NCBI RefSeq assembly: GCF_004345705.1
Contig: NZ_SLWV01000005.1
Span: 130,966-162,965, forward strand
Origin: Marinisporobacter balticus
GTDB taxonomy: Bacteria; Bacillota; Clostridia; Peptostreptococcales; Thermotaleaceae
Length of the DNA stretch: 32,000 nt
Direction of reading: 5' to 3'
The notes beneath the pieces were generated by a model. That model had not been told where the DNA came from. It made no database searches and saw nothing but the letters and a program-made list of their open reading frames with translations. Both the position numbers and the translations under genes were made by a program. Positions 17,849 through 29,208 of this stretch are shown here, piece by piece (the first letter of the stretch is position 1; every line of letters begins with the position of its first letter).

Positions 17849-19243
17849 CTATCTTATAATATGAACCAATTGTGTTATAAAAAAACATGTAATGAAAGCA
17901 ATCAGTGTAGGCATGATTGCAGCAAACAAGGTCCATTTTGAACTGCCACACTCTTTTTTTATGGTCCAAAGCGTAGTAGCACAAGGAAAGTGAAGTAATG
18001 AAAAGATCATTACATTTAAAGCAGTCAACCAAGTCCATCCATTGGCTATAAACAAATCACCCATTGCTTGAAGACTATCTAACTCTAGCATAGCTCCTTC
18101 TGACATATAACTCATAATTAAAATAGGCAATACAATTTCATTTGCAGGAAGGCCAAGGATAAAAGCCATTAAAATAAAACCATCCATACCAATAAGATGC
18201 GCCAAAGGTTGTAGGAATGCTGCCATATGGGATAATATGCTTAGGTCTTCAATAAATACATTGGCTAAAATCCAAGTAATAAGACCTGCTGGCGCTGCTA
18301 CAACGATGGCACGACCTAACACGAAAATCGTTCGATCTATCAAAGAATGATATAGGATTTTCAAAAATTGTGGTTTTCTATAGGGGGGTAATTCTAATGT
18401 AAAAGAAGATGGAACCCCTTTTAATAATGTTTTTGAAAGCCCCCAAGAAATGATTAATGTCATGAAAATACCTAATAATACGAGTGTACATACGAAAAAG
18501 GACGCAATGATTGTACTGTAATGACTCGCTACGGCACCACCCACAAAAACAGTGGATATAGCGATTAATGTAGGGAAACGACCGTTGCAGGGAACGAAAT
18601 TATTGGTTAACATGGCAATAAGTCTTTCCCTTGGTGAATCAATAATTCTACAAGCAATAATTCCTGCTGCATTACATCCAAAACCCATGCTCATTGTAAG
18701 AGACTGCTTTCCATGAGCACCTGCTTTTTTAAACAATTTATCAAGATTAAAAGCAACGCGAGGGAGATACCCTAAATCTTCTAATAGTGTAAACAATGGA
18801 AAAAATATAGCCATAGGAGGCAACATAACAGAAATGACCCATCCCAAGGTTCGATACATACCGAGTATAAGGATGCCATGGAGCCACTGTGGCGTGTTTA
18901 CTGACATAAAAAGGGTAGTAAGTTTTGATTCTATACCAAACAAGAAATCAGCTAACATAGAAGATGGTACATTGGCACCTGTTACTGTAATCCAAAATAC
19001 AAGACCTAACAAAAAAAACATAATGGGATAGCCTGTAAATTTTGAAGTCAATATGTCATCTAATTTATGATCCCAATCATATTTTTTTGTATGACTTTTT
19101 GTAACGACTTTTTCTGCAATCGCTTCTGCTTGTGTATAAATGCTTTTGACCATACTATCTCTAAATTTACATTGATTTTCATTAGAGATTTCATTTTGAA
19201 TATCAACGAGTATTTCATAGGGGTTTGAAGTTTGACTACTCAT
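17849..19243 (-). CDS. feoB: Ferrous iron transporter FeoB, membrane (nucleoside-recognition/gate) portion, encoded separately
   Basis: 464-aa polytopic protein with the FeoB core (gate-motif regions, GFGCNAAG). Starts at an ATG overlapping the stop of the G-domain ORF by 8 nt. Confidence 0.85.
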   Translation of the reverse strand: MSSQTSNPYEILVDIQNEISNENQCKFRDSMVKSIYTQAEAIAEKVVTKSHTKKYDWDHKLDDILTSKFTGYPIMFFLLGLVFWITVTGANVPSSMLADFLFGIESKLTTLFMSVNTPQWLHGILILGMYRTLGWVISVMLPPMAIFFPLFTLLEDLGYLPRVAFNLDKLFKKAGAHGKQSLTMSMGFGCNAAGIIACRIIDSPRERLIAMLTNNFVPCNGRFPTLIAISTVFVGGAVASHYSTIIASFFVCTLVLLGIFMTLIISWGLSKTLLKGVPSSFTLELPPYRKPQFLKILYHSLIDRTIFVLGRAIVVAAPAGLITWILANVFIEDLSILSHMAAFLQPLAHLIGMDGFILMAFILGLPANEIVLPILIMSYMSEGAMLELDSLQAMGDLFIANGWTWLTALNVMIFSLLHFPCATTLWTIKKECGSSKWTLFAAIMPTLIAFITCFFITQLVHIIR

Positions 19244-20027
19244 AAAAACAAGCCACCTCCGTATCCTTATTTGAGTATATTTCAGTATATAAAAACTGAT
19301 GTATAGAATCTAATAGGGTTTGATCTCCCTCCAGTAGTCTTAAGGCAACCCACCTAGGATTTAGTGTATTTCCGAATATATTTTCTAACTTAGGAACAAG
19401 TCCTTTAATTTCTTCTTCAATATCTTTTGAATAGTTAATGTTTTTAGGAGAAGTTATTTTTAATCCTAATGAAATATCATGCACTTCATCCATTAAGTTA
19501 GTAAGTCCTTCACCAGATCTAGCAGTAGTACCTACTACAGGAATACCTAAGCTTTTTTGTAAAGTATCAAGATCTACAGATATGCCTTTTCGCCTAGCTT
19601 CATCCATTAAATTTACACAGAGTACTACATGATCTGTCAATTCCATAACTTGTAGCACTAAATTTAAATTTCTTTCAAGACAGGTTGCATCTACAACCAC
19701 AACTGTAGCATTTGGTTTTCCAAAACAAATAAAGTCCCTAGCTACTTGTTCTTCAACAGAATTAGCTAAAAGAGAATAGGTTCCTGGTAAATCTACTAAC
19801 ATAAATTCTTTATCTTTATGGGTATAATGTCCACGTGCATTTGTTACTGTTTTTCCAGGCCAATTACCTGTATGCTGTTTTAATCCTGTTAATGCATTAA
19901 ATACAGTACTTTTCCCTACATTGGGATTGCCTGCTAAGGCGATTACGAATGCTTCATGATTGCCTAATTTTATATTAAATTTATCATTTAATAAAGCTTT
20001 TCCACATGATTGACACGTTAGTCCCAT
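19236..20027 (-). CDS. feoB: FeoB N-terminal GTPase (G-domain plus helical domain) as a stand-alone protein
   Basis: G1 GNPNVGKST, G3 DLPG and a G4-like NLMD. 263 aa. Carries about 25 extra N-terminal residues containing CQSC. AAGGAGG RBS. Confidence 0.85.
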   Translation of the reverse strand: MGLTCQSCGKALLNDKFNIKLGNHEAFVIALAGNPNVGKSTVFNALTGLKQHTGNWPGKTVTNARGHYTHKDKEFMLVDLPGTYSLLANSVEEQVARDFICFGKPNATVVVVDATCLERNLNLVLQVMELTDHVVLCVNLMDEARRKGISVDLDTLQKSLGIPVVGTTARSGEGLTNLMDEVHDISLGLKITSPKNINYSKDIEEEIKGLVPKLENIFGNTLNPRWVALRLLEGDQTLLDSIHQFLYTEIYSNKDTEVACFYE

Positions 20028-20052
20028 GGATCCATTCCTCCTTGCTATGATT

Positions 20053-20307
20053 CTAAATTGGATTTACTAAAATTTGAGAGGATTCTTCTTTTCTTAAGGC
20101 AATGGTAGCCCCCCTTATGTTGTAGGCAATAGGGTCTCCTAAAGGACTTTTTCTTAGAACATTTATAATGGTTCCTGGAACAATTCCTAAATCTAACATT
20201 CTCCTTCTAGACAAACCAGTGGTCTTTAAATCTAAAACTTGTACAGTGGTTCCTACAGTAATGTTAGAAAGAGGAATAGGGTCTTGTGATAGTGTACTAT
20301 TTTTCAT
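20053..20307 (-). CDS. feoA: FeoA family protein
   Basis: 84-aa SH3-like FeoA (RRRMLDLGIVPGTIINVLRKSPLGDPIAYNIRGATIALRKEE), directly upstream of feoB. Confidence 0.9.
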   Translation of the reverse strand: MKNSTLSQDPIPLSNITVGTTVQVLDLKTTGLSRRRMLDLGIVPGTIINVLRKSPLGDPIAYNIRGATIALRKEESSQILVNPI

Positions 20308-20328
20308 AGTTTCCCTCCTTTAAAGGCA

Positions 20329-20379
20329 TTAGCTGAGCCTAAGAAAATATTAAAGTGCTTTTAAATTAGTTTTGGCTAA
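20329..20379. promoter_or_regulatory. Two TTAG-N6-CTAA inverted repeats in the feoA promoter region (candidate metalloregulator operators)
   Basis: TTAGCTGAGCCTAA at 20329-20342 and TTAGTTTTGGCTAA at 20366-20379, 22-72 nt upstream of the feoA start codon. The half-sites resemble DtxR/IdeR-type TTAGG/CCTAA arms. Confidence 0.3.
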
Positions 20380-20742
20380 CAAATTGTATAATCTAATATA
20401 CATAATATGTAAGAAATAATTTTCTGTTACAAATATGGAAGCATTCAAATTACTTTAGGGATTTAGGAATCTTTGCTTTTGGCTATGCAGTTACTTATTT
20501 TTCATTAGGATATTTGTTTAAAGTAAAACAAAGCAGGATATTTTAAATAAAAGAAGAATTTATAATAGTCAGCCTATAGAAGCTTACTAGATAAAATCTA
20601 AATCATATAGATAAAAAATGATCAACTAGCTAATTTTTATGTCTAAAAACAGTAATAATACAGTTATATGATATAATAAATTGTTGTTAATGAGATCAAT
20701 CGAAGACAGGAGACGCTTCGAGCAAAAGGAGCGGTAGATTTC

Positions 20743-21855
20743 GTGTATTTAGAAAATTTAAAACTAATAAATTTTAGAAACTATAACAATCTTACATTAA
20801 ATTTTCATGCCAAAATCAATGTATTTGTTGGCAATAATGCGCAAGGGAAGACAAATATATTAGAATCCATATACTTGACAAGTGCAGGAAAATCTTTTCG
20901 AACCACTAAAGATAGAGAATTAATTAAATTTGATAAAGATCAGGCCTATATAAAAGTAGAAGGAAAAAAAAGATATACAGATATTGTTGTGGCGTTAAAG
21001 TTAGATATGAATAAAAAAAAGCAAATTAAAGTAAATGGTGTAACTTTAACAAAAAATGCAGAGATTCTCAATAATGTTTATGTGGTGGTTTTTTCACCTG
21101 AAGATCTAAAGTTAATTAAAGAAGGGCCAAGTGAAAGAAGAAAGTTTATAGATAATGAAATATCTCAGATGAAACCTAATTACTTCTATCACTTAACCCA
21201 ATATAATAAAGTATTAATGCAAAGAAATAATCTTTTAAAGAAGATAAATCACCATAGGAAATACATGGATACCCTTCATGTATGGGATGAAAAGCTACTA
21301 GAATTAGGAACACGGTTAATAAAGGAGCGTGAAAAGTTTGTTCAAAGAATCAATCCGCTAAGTAGATTGATTCATAGAAAAATAACAGAGAGCAAAGAAA
21401 ACCTTGAAGTAAAATATATGACAAATATTGATGTGAAAAATACTTTTGAAGCTACTATGGAAAGCTTTCGATGTAAATTAAAAGAATCTTTAACAATAGA
21501 TTTACAAAGAGGAAGTACGACTGTTGGGCCTCATAGAGATGACTTAGGTGTGTTTGTCAATGAAGTGGACATAAGGAGTTTTGGTTCACAAGGGCAGCAA
21601 AGAACTTCAGCGCTTTCATTAAAACTTGCAGAGATTGAATTGATAAAGGGAGAAACTGGTGAGTATCCTATCCTTCTACTAGATGATGTTATGTCAGAAT
21701 TAGATATTAATCGGCAAAAATTTTTAATTAAAGCCTTAAGGGATGTGCAAATATTCATTACTACAACAGAAGTCGATTATTTGAATCAATTGGAACTGAA
21801 TGAAGAATATGTGTTTTATGTAAAAAATGCAGTTGTAAGGAATGCATCTATATAA
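20743..21855 (+). CDS. recF: DNA replication and repair protein RecF
   Basis: N-terminus YLENLKLINFRNY and Walker A GNNAQGKTNILES, an SMC-like signature (GSQGQQRT), and Walker B LLLDDV. GTG start after AAAGGAG. Confidence 0.95.
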   Translation: MYLENLKLINFRNYNNLTLNFHAKINVFVGNNAQGKTNILESIYLTSAGKSFRTTKDRELIKFDKDQAYIKVEGKKRYTDIVVALKLDMNKKKQIKVNGVTLTKNAEILNNVYVVVFSPEDLKLIKEGPSERRKFIDNEISQMKPNYFYHLTQYNKVLMQRNNLLKKINHHRKYMDTLHVWDEKLLELGTRLIKEREKFVQRINPLSRLIHRKITESKENLEVKYMTNIDVKNTFEATMESFRCKLKESLTIDLQRGSTTVGPHRDDLGVFVNEVDIRSFGSQGQQRTSALSLKLAEIELIKGETGEYPILLLDDVMSELDINRQKFLIKALRDVQIFITTTEVDYLNQLELNEEYVFYVKNAVVRNASI

Positions 21856-21942
21856 AATTTTTTTATCAAATAAAGTTTGACTTTTATATTTTTCTATAAA
21901 AGGATATAATGGAATGTGGAGTAATTTTAAGGAGGTTTTTAA

Positions 21943-22260
21943 ATGTTCCTTCATTTAGGAAAAGATGTTGTTGTCCCTATTAAAAATATTATATCTATTA
22001 TAGATGTAGATGCGATTAAAAAATCAAAAGATAGTAAAGCCTTTTTTAAAATAGCTGAAGAAGAAGGTTTTATAAAAAGAATAGCTGACGAAAAAGTAAA
22101 ATCGTATGTTATTACTGAAGAAATACAAAAAAATAAAAAAGGTGTACAAAAAATGATTCAAACTGTGATCTATTATTCAGCAATATCATCTACTACACTT
22201 CAAAAAAGAGCGAATTTCATAGATGATATTCATAATGCAGATAAAATTTACTTAAAATAA
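21943..22260 (+). CDS. remB: DUF370 protein RemB/YaaB
   Basis: MFLHLGKDVVVPIKNIISIID ... SSTTLQKRANF resembles B. subtilis YaaB. Conserved recF-yaaB-gyrB position. Confidence 0.8.
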   Translation: MFLHLGKDVVVPIKNIISIIDVDAIKKSKDSKAFFKIAEEEGFIKRIADEKVKSYVITEEIQKNKKGVQKMIQTVIYYSAISSTTLQKRANFIDDIHNADKIYLK

Positions 22261-22324
22261 ATGAAAGAACTATGATAGATTGTAGTAAGGCAACGGAAGA
22301 ATTAGGATATAAAAGAATCCGTAG

Positions 22325-24283
<1,959 letters not shown>

Positions 24284-24298
24284 TAAGGGGGAAGATCA

Positions 24299-26749
24299 AT
24301 GACAGAGGAAAAAAGTAAAATTATTCAAGTTGATATAGAAGATACCATGAAAAAATCCTATATTGATTATTCAATGAGTGTAATCGTAGGACGTGCATTA
24401 CCAGATGTTAGGGATGGTCTTAAACCTGTTCATAGAAGAATTCTTTATGCAATGAATGAATTAGGACTTGACCCTAGTAAACCGCATAGAAAGTCTGCAC
24501 GTATCGTTGGGGACGTTTTAGGTAAGTACCATCCACATGGGGATAGTTCTGTTTATTATGCAATGGTAAGAATGGCACAGGATTTTTCAACGAGATATTT
24601 ATTAGTGAATGGGCATGGAAACTTTGGTTCTGTAGATGGAGATAGTGCTGCTGCCATGCGTTATACAGAAGCAAAGCTTACAAAATTATCGGTAGAACTA
24701 CTTCGCGATATTGGAAAAGATACAGTTGATTATATACCAAACTTTGATGAAACATTAAAAGAACCAGCAGTACTACCTAGTAGATTTCCAAATCTTTTGG
24801 TAAATGGTTCAAATGGTATTGCAGTAGGAATGGCTACATCTATTCCACCTCATAATCTAGGCGAAGTAATTGATGCAACTGTAAAATTAATTGATGATAA
24901 GGAAACAACAGTAGAAGATCTTATCAAAATTGTAAAGGGTCCAGATTTTCCAACTGGGGCGACAATCATGGGAAAAGAGTCCATAAAAGAAGCCTATAGA
25001 ACAGGTCAAGGAAAAGTAGTTGTTCGAGCAAATGCTGAAATAGAACAAACAGCAAAAGGTAAAAATCAGATTATTGTAACGGAAATTCCATATCAAGTAA
25101 ATAAAGCAAGATTGATTGAAAAAATAGCAGATTTGGTAAGAGATAAGAAGATAGAAGGAATTTCGGATTTAAGGGATGAAAGTGATAGGAAGGGTATGCG
25201 CATTGTTATAGAATTAAAAAGAGATGCCAACTCAGGAGTAGTATTAAACAAGCTTTATAAACACACACAGCTTCGAGATACTTTTAGTATTATTATGATT
25301 GCGCTCGTAAATGGACAACCTAAAATATTAAATTTATATGATATGATTTATCATTATTTAGAACATCAAAAGGATGTTGTTACAAGAAGAACTAAATATG
25401 ATTTAGCAAAAGCAGAAGAACGTGCACATATATTAGAAGGATTAAAAATTGCGCTAGATCATATAGATGAAGTGATTAAATTGATTCGGGCTTCTAAAAA
25501 TGTAGCAGAAGCAAAACAAGGATTGATCGATACCTTCCATTTATCAGAAAAACAAGCACAAGCAATACTTGATATGCGACTTCAAAAGCTTACAGGACTA
25601 GAAAGAGAAAAAATTGAAGAAGAATATGAAGAATTGATAAAAATAATTAATCACTATAAAGAAATATTAGCCAATGAAAGATTACTTTTAAATATTATAA
25701 AAGAAGAAATATTAGAAATAAAGGAATTATACAATGATGATAGAAGAACAGCCATCGAAGCTGTTGCAGATGAAATAAATATGGAAGACTTAATAGATGA
25801 AGAAGAAGTTGCAATTACATTAACCCATTTAGGATATATTAAGAGACTTCCAGCAGATACTTACAAAAGTCAAAGAAGAGGTGGAAAAGGGATAACTGGA
25901 CTGACTACAAGAGATGCGGATTTTGTAGAACATCTATTTATTACTTCAACCCATAATTATATTTTATTCTTTACAAATAGAGGAAGAGTTTATCGCTTAA
26001 AGACTTATGAAATTCCTGATGCGAAGAGACAAGCAAAAGGAACAGCCATTGTAAACTTACTGCAGTTACTGCCAAATGAAAAAGTAACAGCAGTTATTCC
26101 TGTTAAGACTTTTGAACCAAGTAACTATTTATTAGCAGCTACACAAAAAGGAATTATCAAAAAAACAGATTTATCACAATTTGATACTTCAAGAAAATCA
26201 GGTTTAATTGCGATTAATTTAAGAGAAGATGATGAACTCATTAGCGTAAAATTAACAGATGGTAATAAAGAAGTGATTATGGTATCAAGAGAAGGAAAAG
26301 CGATTCAATTTAAAGAAAAAGATGTTAGAGATATGGGTAGATCTGCAATGGGTGTGAAAGGAATGAACTTAGATAAAGATGATTTGGTTGTAGCAATGGA
26401 GCTTGTAGAAGATGATAGTGAATTACTCGTTGTTAGTGAGTATGGATTTGGCAAGAGAACATCCTTAGAAAATTATAATACGCAATCTAGAGGTGGAAAA
26501 GGATTAATTACCTATAATAAAAAAGAAAAAACGGGTAAATTAGTAGGCGCTAAAGTGGTAAAAAATGATGATGAAATCATGCTTATCAATACAAATGGTG
26601 TTATCATAAGATTAGAGGTAAAAGAAATATCTACAATGGGTAGAAATACACAAGGGGTAACATTAATGAGAGTAGGACAAGATGTGAATATTGTCTCTAT
26701 CGCTAAGGTTATTCAAGGCGTAGAAGTAGAAGAATCGGAAGAGGAATAA
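24299..26749 (+). CDS. gyrA: DNA gyrase subunit A
   Basis: Active-site region [14 protein letters not shown]-like [18 protein letters not shown]-terminal beta-pinwheel repeats, and an acidic tail. Confidence 0.97.
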   Translation: MTEEKSKIIQVDIEDTMKKSYIDYSMSVIVGRALPDVRDGLKPVHRRILYAMNELGLDPSKPHRKSARIVGDVLGKYHPHGDSSVYYAMVRMAQDFSTRYLLVNGHGNFGSVDGDSAAAMRYTEAKLTKLSVELLRDIGKDTVDYIPNFDETLKEPAVLPSRFPNLLVNGSNGIAVGMATSIPPHNLGEVIDATVKLIDDKETTVEDLIKIVKGPDFPTGATIMGKESIKEAYRTGQGKVVVRANAEIEQTAKGKNQIIVTEIPYQVNKARLIEKIADLVRDKKIEGISDLRDESDRKGMRIVIELKRDANSGVVLNKLYKHTQLRDTFSIIMIALVNGQPKILNLYDMIYHYLEHQKDVVTRRTKYDLAKAEERAHILEGLKIALDHIDEVIKLIRASKNVAEAKQGLIDTFHLSEKQAQAILDMRLQKLTGLEREKIEEEYEELIKIINHYKEILANERLLLNIIKEEILEIKELYNDDRRTAIEAVADEINMEDLIDEEEVAITLTHLGYIKRLPADTYKSQRRGGKGITGLTTRDADFVEHLFITSTHNYILFFTNRGRVYRLKTYEIPDAKRQAKGTAIVNLLQLLPNEKVTAVIPVKTFEPSNYLLAATQKGIIKKTDLSQFDTSRKSGLIAINLREDDELISVKLTDGNKEVIMVSREGKAIQFKEKDVRDMGRSAMGVKGMNLDKDDLVVAMELVEDDSELLVVSEYGFGKRTSLENYNTQSRGGKGLITYNKKEKTGKLVGAKVVKNDDEIMLINTNGVIIRLEVKEISTMGRNTQGVTLMRVGQDVNIVSIAKVIQGVEVEESEEE

Positions 26750-26761
26750 GAAGAAACTTTT

Positions 26762-26795
26762 ATACGCAAAAGTAAATTCACTTTTGCGTATTTTT
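26762..26795 (+). terminator. Intrinsic terminator after gyrA
   Basis: atacgcaaaagt / acttttgcgtat 12-bp stem, 6-nt loop, TTTT. Confidence 0.8.
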
Positions 26796-26898
26796 ATATT
26801 AAACTTTAAAAATAAGATGAAAATAAATTTTCTAAATATACTTGTGATTGAATTAAGTAAATAATAACAATAAAATTTTTTAATATTATCCTGTATGT

Positions 26899-26923
26899 GT
26901 TTAAAAGTAAAAATACAGGGTAA
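26899..26923 (+). promoter_or_regulatory. SigB-type promoter upstream of rsbV
   Basis: GTTTAA-N13-GGGTAA matches the Firmicute SigB consensus GTTTAA-N12-15-GGGWAW. It lies 36 nt before the rsbV start, inside a CCTGTAT/ATACAGG inverted repeat (26890-26919). Confidence 0.65.
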
Positions 26924-26958
26924 TATTAAATTAGGAAAAAACGGAAAGGGGTTTTGTT

Positions 26959-27279
26959 GTGGCACTTTATATCAATAAAAATTACAATAAAGAAGAGCAA
27001 TTATGGATGATAAATATTGCTGGAGAAATTGATATCTATACAGCGAATCAACTAAAAGAAACATTGATGAAAATGTTAGATGAACACAATGAGAATATTA
27101 AAATAAATTGTTTAGAATTAGATTATATTGATAGCACTGGTTTAGGTGTTTTAATAGGCGCTTTGAAAAGATTAAAAAAAGAAAACAAAAGCATTATTAT
27201 CATAAATCCTAAGAAAAATATTTCAAAATTACTTACCATAACTGGACTTAATAAAATTTTTATTATAGAAGGTGAATAA
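26959..27279 (+). CDS. rsbV: Anti-sigma factor antagonist (STAS domain, RsbV/SpoIIAA family)
   Basis: 106 aa with the DYIDSTGLGVL phosphorylatable-serine motif. GTG start. Confidence 0.85.
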   Translation: MALYINKNYNKEEQLWMINIAGEIDIYTANQLKETLMKMLDEHNENIKINCLELDYIDSTGLGVLIGALKRLKKENKSIIIINPKKNISKLLTITGLNKIFIIEGE

Positions 27280-27282
27280 CAA

Positions 27283-27738
27283 ATGATGGAAAATACAAAA
27301 TGTATAGAGAAGGTGGAGAAAAAAGTGTGTGATCATTTTTCGATATCGGTTCCAAACAAACCAGAATATGTGAATGTTGTTCGATTAACTACATCAGCCA
27401 TAGCGAGCAGAATGGGATTTAATATAGAGCAGATTGAAGATATAAAGGTAGCAATTGCAGAAGCTTGTACCAATGCCATTAAACATGGCTTGTGCAATCA
27501 TAATCAAAATTTTGATATAAATTTTTTTATAGATGATGAGAAAATAATCATTGATGTGATTGATAAAGGAACTGGATTTGCAAGTAATGAAATTGAAAAA
27601 CCAGATTTGACAAGTCCAAAAGAAGGAGGTTTAGGAATATTTATCATTCAATCATTAATGGATAAAGTAGAGATCGTATCTGAGATTGGAAAAGGTACAA
27701 GGTTGCAAATGATAAAATATCTGGGGGATGATATTTGA
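27283..27738 (+). CDS. rsbW: Anti-sigma factor serine kinase (RsbW/SpoIIAB family, HATPase_c)
   Basis: N box EACTNAIKHG, G boxes DKGTGF and GGLGIFI. 151 aa. Confidence 0.85.
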   Translation: MMENTKCIEKVEKKVCDHFSISVPNKPEYVNVVRLTTSAIASRMGFNIEQIEDIKVAIAEACTNAIKHGLCNHNQNFDINFFIDDEKIIIDVIDKGTGFASNEIEKPDLTSPKEGGLGIFIIQSLMDKVEIVSEIGKGTRLQMIKYLGDDI

Positions 27739-28538
27739 TGGAAAGTACAGTAAAAAAGATAGACGAAGGTACAATAAATATCCATTCCCTAAAGCAGTAT
27801 AATGAAAAAGAATTATTTGAGATTTATAACCAAACAAAGGATAAAACAATCAGAAATGAATTAGTGAATCGATATTTATATATTGCTCAGATTTTATCTA
27901 AAAAGTATATAAACAAAGGGATTGAATATGAAGATCTTTACCAAATTGCTTCATTAGGTCTTATTTTTGCCATTGAGCGGTTTGATATTACAAAAGGGTT
28001 TGAATTTTCAAGTTTTGCTACGCCTACAATTATAGGAGAAATTAAGAAATATTTCAGAGATAAAGGTTGGGCTATAAGAGTGCCTAGAAGAATACAGGAA
28101 TTATCAAAAAAGATAAGTAATACAAGAAATGTATTGACGCAAGAATTGCAAAGAACCCCTAAAGTCATAGATATTGCAGAGTATTTAGGATGTACAGAAG
28201 AACAGGTATTAGAGGCAATGGATGCCAGTCAAGTATATACCCCAAAGTCTTTGGATATAAGTTATGATAATAGTGGAGATGATAAAGATGTACAGCTTAA
28301 GGATTTGATTGGAGAAAATGATAAATATTTCGATATATTAGAAAACAAGGATTTTATAAAAGAAAGCATGAAAAAATTAAATGAATTAGAGGTAAAGATT
28401 ATAAAATACCGTTTCTTTGAGAACAAAACCCAATCACAAGCTGCTAAATTATTAGATGTATCTCAAATGACTATTTCTCGAATGGAAAAGAAAGTGATTG
28501 ATAAATTTAAAAAAGAATTAAATAAAATGGAAGAATAA
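27738..28538 (+). CDS. sigB: RNA polymerase sigma factor, SigB/F/G group (general stress sigma-B by context)
   Basis: Has region 2 (DLYQIASLGLIFAIERFD), region 3 and the region 4 HTH (SQAAKLLDVSQMTISRMEKK). The ATG at 27738 overlaps the rsbW TGA by 1 nt. Order is rsbV-rsbW-sigma. Confidence 0.85.
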   Translation: MESTVKKIDEGTINIHSLKQYNEKELFEIYNQTKDKTIRNELVNRYLYIAQILSKKYINKGIEYEDLYQIASLGLIFAIERFDITKGFEFSSFATPTIIGEIKKYFRDKGWAIRVPRRIQELSKKISNTRNVLTQELQRTPKVIDIAEYLGCTEEQVLEAMDASQVYTPKSLDISYDNSGDDKDVQLKDLIGENDKYFDILENKDFIKESMKKLNELEVKIIKYRFFENKTQSQAAKLLDVSQMTISRMEKKVIDKFKKELNKMEE

Positions 28539-28556
28539 AAGATAGGGGGAAAAAAG

Positions 28557-28970
28557 ATGTTTGAATGGAAGAACGAATATAAAGTTGAGATTACTGAAAT
28601 TGATAGGCAACATAAAAAGCTTTTAGAAATTGGAGAAAGACTTTCTGATTTATTAAAATTGAAAAATGATATGGATCATTATGATGAAATCATGGATATT
28701 TTAAGAGAACTAAGAGAATATACAGAATATCACTTTGCGCATGAAGAAAAAATGCTAGAAAAATATGGATATGAGGATCTACGATTACAAAAGAGAGAAC
28801 ATAGATCCTTTGTAAATAAAATTATTCAATTAGAAAATCAAGATATTGATCAAAAACAAACAGGAATTGAATTATCTATGATAGAATTTCTTGCAAATTG
28901 GATCGAAAACCATATATTGAAAACAGATCATGAGTATCAAGATTTTCTTCATGAAAAAGGTGTATATTAA
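28557..28970 (+). CDS. Hemerythrin-like metal-binding protein (bacteriohemerythrin)
   Basis: N-terminus FEWKNEYKVEITEIDRQHKKL, and later H-x3-E and H-x3-H..D patterns (HFAHEE, NHILKTDHEY). 137 aa. GGGGGA RBS 18 nt after sigB, with no terminator between them. Confidence 0.85.
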   Translation: MFEWKNEYKVEITEIDRQHKKLLEIGERLSDLLKLKNDMDHYDEIMDILRELREYTEYHFAHEEKMLEKYGYEDLRLQKREHRSFVNKIIQLENQDIDQKQTGIELSMIEFLANWIENHILKTDHEYQDFLHEKGVY

Positions 28971-29061
28971 AAACCTATTACAGCGCAATGGAAATTGAAT
29001 TGATGAAATGAAGCGTTGTAATAGTGTATGCTGATGTGGTACAAAGAAAAAATAAATATAA

Positions 29062-29098
29062 AAAGCCGAGAATTCTTTTGAAAGGATTCTCGGCTTTT
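29062..29098 (+). terminator. Intrinsic terminator ending the sigB-hemerythrin unit
   Basis: aaagccgagaat / attctcggcttt stem followed by a T-run. Confidence 0.8.
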
Positions 29099-29208
29099 AT
29101 GATTATATAATGCTTTATTTGCAAATAATCTATATATGTAACACAGAAAAGTAAGATATATTTAAACACAGGTATATTTTGAGATTATATAGAAGGTAGG
29201 TTTTTAAT

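Noticed and set aside
19236-19243. Calling feoB a frameshifted pseudogene
   Set aside because: The second ORF has its own ATG preceded by GGAGG, and overlaps the first by 8 nt in the manner of coupled genes. Both parts are otherwise intact. An indel or sequencing error cannot be excluded without relatives, so this stays as an alternative in the finding.
19826-19841. CACGTG core inside feoB as a possible second parS
   Set aside because: The flanks (ATGTC-CACGTG-CATTT) do not match the TGTTN/AAACA arms. Only the 6-bp core is shared.
20400-20620. A possible hidden small gene or pseudogene in the 435-nt feoA-recF spacer
   Set aside because: Reading the frames on both strands gives nothing longer than about 17 codons from an ATG and no RBS-linked start. 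The hydrophobic-looking stretch GIFAFGYAVTYFSLGYLF has a stop directly upstream and cannot be tied to any family by eye.
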